From Candidatus Bathyarchaeia archaeon (GTDB lineage: Archaea > Thermoproteota > Bathyarchaeia > Bathyarchaeales > Bathycorpusculaceae), in contig JBEKSS010000001.1 in NCBI GenBank assembly GCA_049516875.1, positions 448,001 through 512,000 of the forward strand: a stretch of DNA of 64,000 nucleotides, given 5' to 3'. Position 1 is the stretch's first letter, and the number at the start of each line of letters is the position of its first letter. Shown here piece by piece: positions 63,398 through 64,000 of the stretch. The notes beneath the pieces were generated by a model. The model did no database searches and was not told where the DNA came from. It saw nothing but the letters and a program-made list of their open reading frames with translations. The translations under genes and the position numbers were made by a program.

Positions 63398-63593
63398 CAG
63401 CAACTCGTCTATCGTCAACACTGGTCTAAAGTAAAAGAATAATCTATTTTTCTTTTTTAAAAATTAAGCAAATTGCTTATTTTTAGCGAACGATGTTTGC
63501 ATCTCCTTGCCTGCGCGCGCTAGACTTGTAGAGCTGTTAAAGGAAGCGTACGGTCTAGAGAACACAGAGACGCCTTAAACGATTTAGCGTGGG

Positions 63594-64000
63594 TTATTCT
63601 TTCAATATCTTAACTGACAGAACAGCGAAGATAGGCATCGCTACTATGGCAACGATGAAAGGGTACTGCGTTGACGTTGCGTATAGAAATCCTCCGACGT
63701 AGGGCGCAGCAAACGAGGCGAACATGCACAACGTTTGAGGAACGGCGATCCACCGTGCTCTACATGATTCGGGTGCGGTGGGACCTACAATCGCGCTGAG
63801 CATGGACCAAGTTATGTAAGATCCGCCGTTGAAAACGAACGACACTGCAAGGATGCCGAAGTTGCCGGACCACAGCATCAGAACCATCGCCACGGCACCA
63901 AAGACCAAAGAAACGGCCAGAGGATACGATTTCCGTTTCATGTCCCCAAGCCTGCCAAGCAATATTCCCAGTACCGCCGAGCTAGCGAAGAGAACGGAGC
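63594..64000 (-). CDS. MFS transporter, C-terminal part (5' end outside window)
   Basis: LGRLGD motif A-like, APYVGGFLY, multiple TM helices. Confidence 0.8.
   Translation of the reverse strand, partial: SVLFASSAVLGILLGRLGDMKRKSYPLAVSLVFGAVAMVLMLWSGNFGILAVSFVFNGGSYITWSMLSAIVGPTAPESCRARWIAVPQTLCMFASFAAPYVGGFLYATSTQYPFIVAIVAMPIFAVLSVKILKE

Overview
Archaeal chromosomal window. Gene content (Alba, TFB-Gar1, L7Ae/S28e/L24e/L40e, Ftr, PEF-CTERM proteins, Cren7-like protein) suggests a Bathyarchaeia-like TACK archaeon; this is an inference. 1-18.5 kb holds an archaellum locus (3 archaellins, arlCDE-like, arlG, arlF, arlH, arlI, arlJ) interrupted by surface-protein genes and preceded by a TrmB-family regulator. 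19-34 kb is housekeeping, with an intron-containing initiator tRNA-Met and an unexplained tRNA-like structured RNA. 34-40 kb is purF-purD translationally coupled to a HAD hydrolase, an Ftr paralog and a PfkB kinase (an EhaR/S/T-like triad), the best candidate for an undescribed PurN/PurT-independent GAR-formylation route. 40-52 kb is an accessory island (TA pairs, redox operon, sugar enzymes, pseudogenes). 52.7-57.3 kb is purQLSM. 57-64 kb holds accessory PEF-CTERM genes. Accessory gene boundaries are repeatedly marked by a (GC)4 palindrome (TAGCGCGCGCTA). Many frameshifts and deletions are present, so assembly errors cannot be excluded. All family assignments are from motif recognition by eye; no searches were run.
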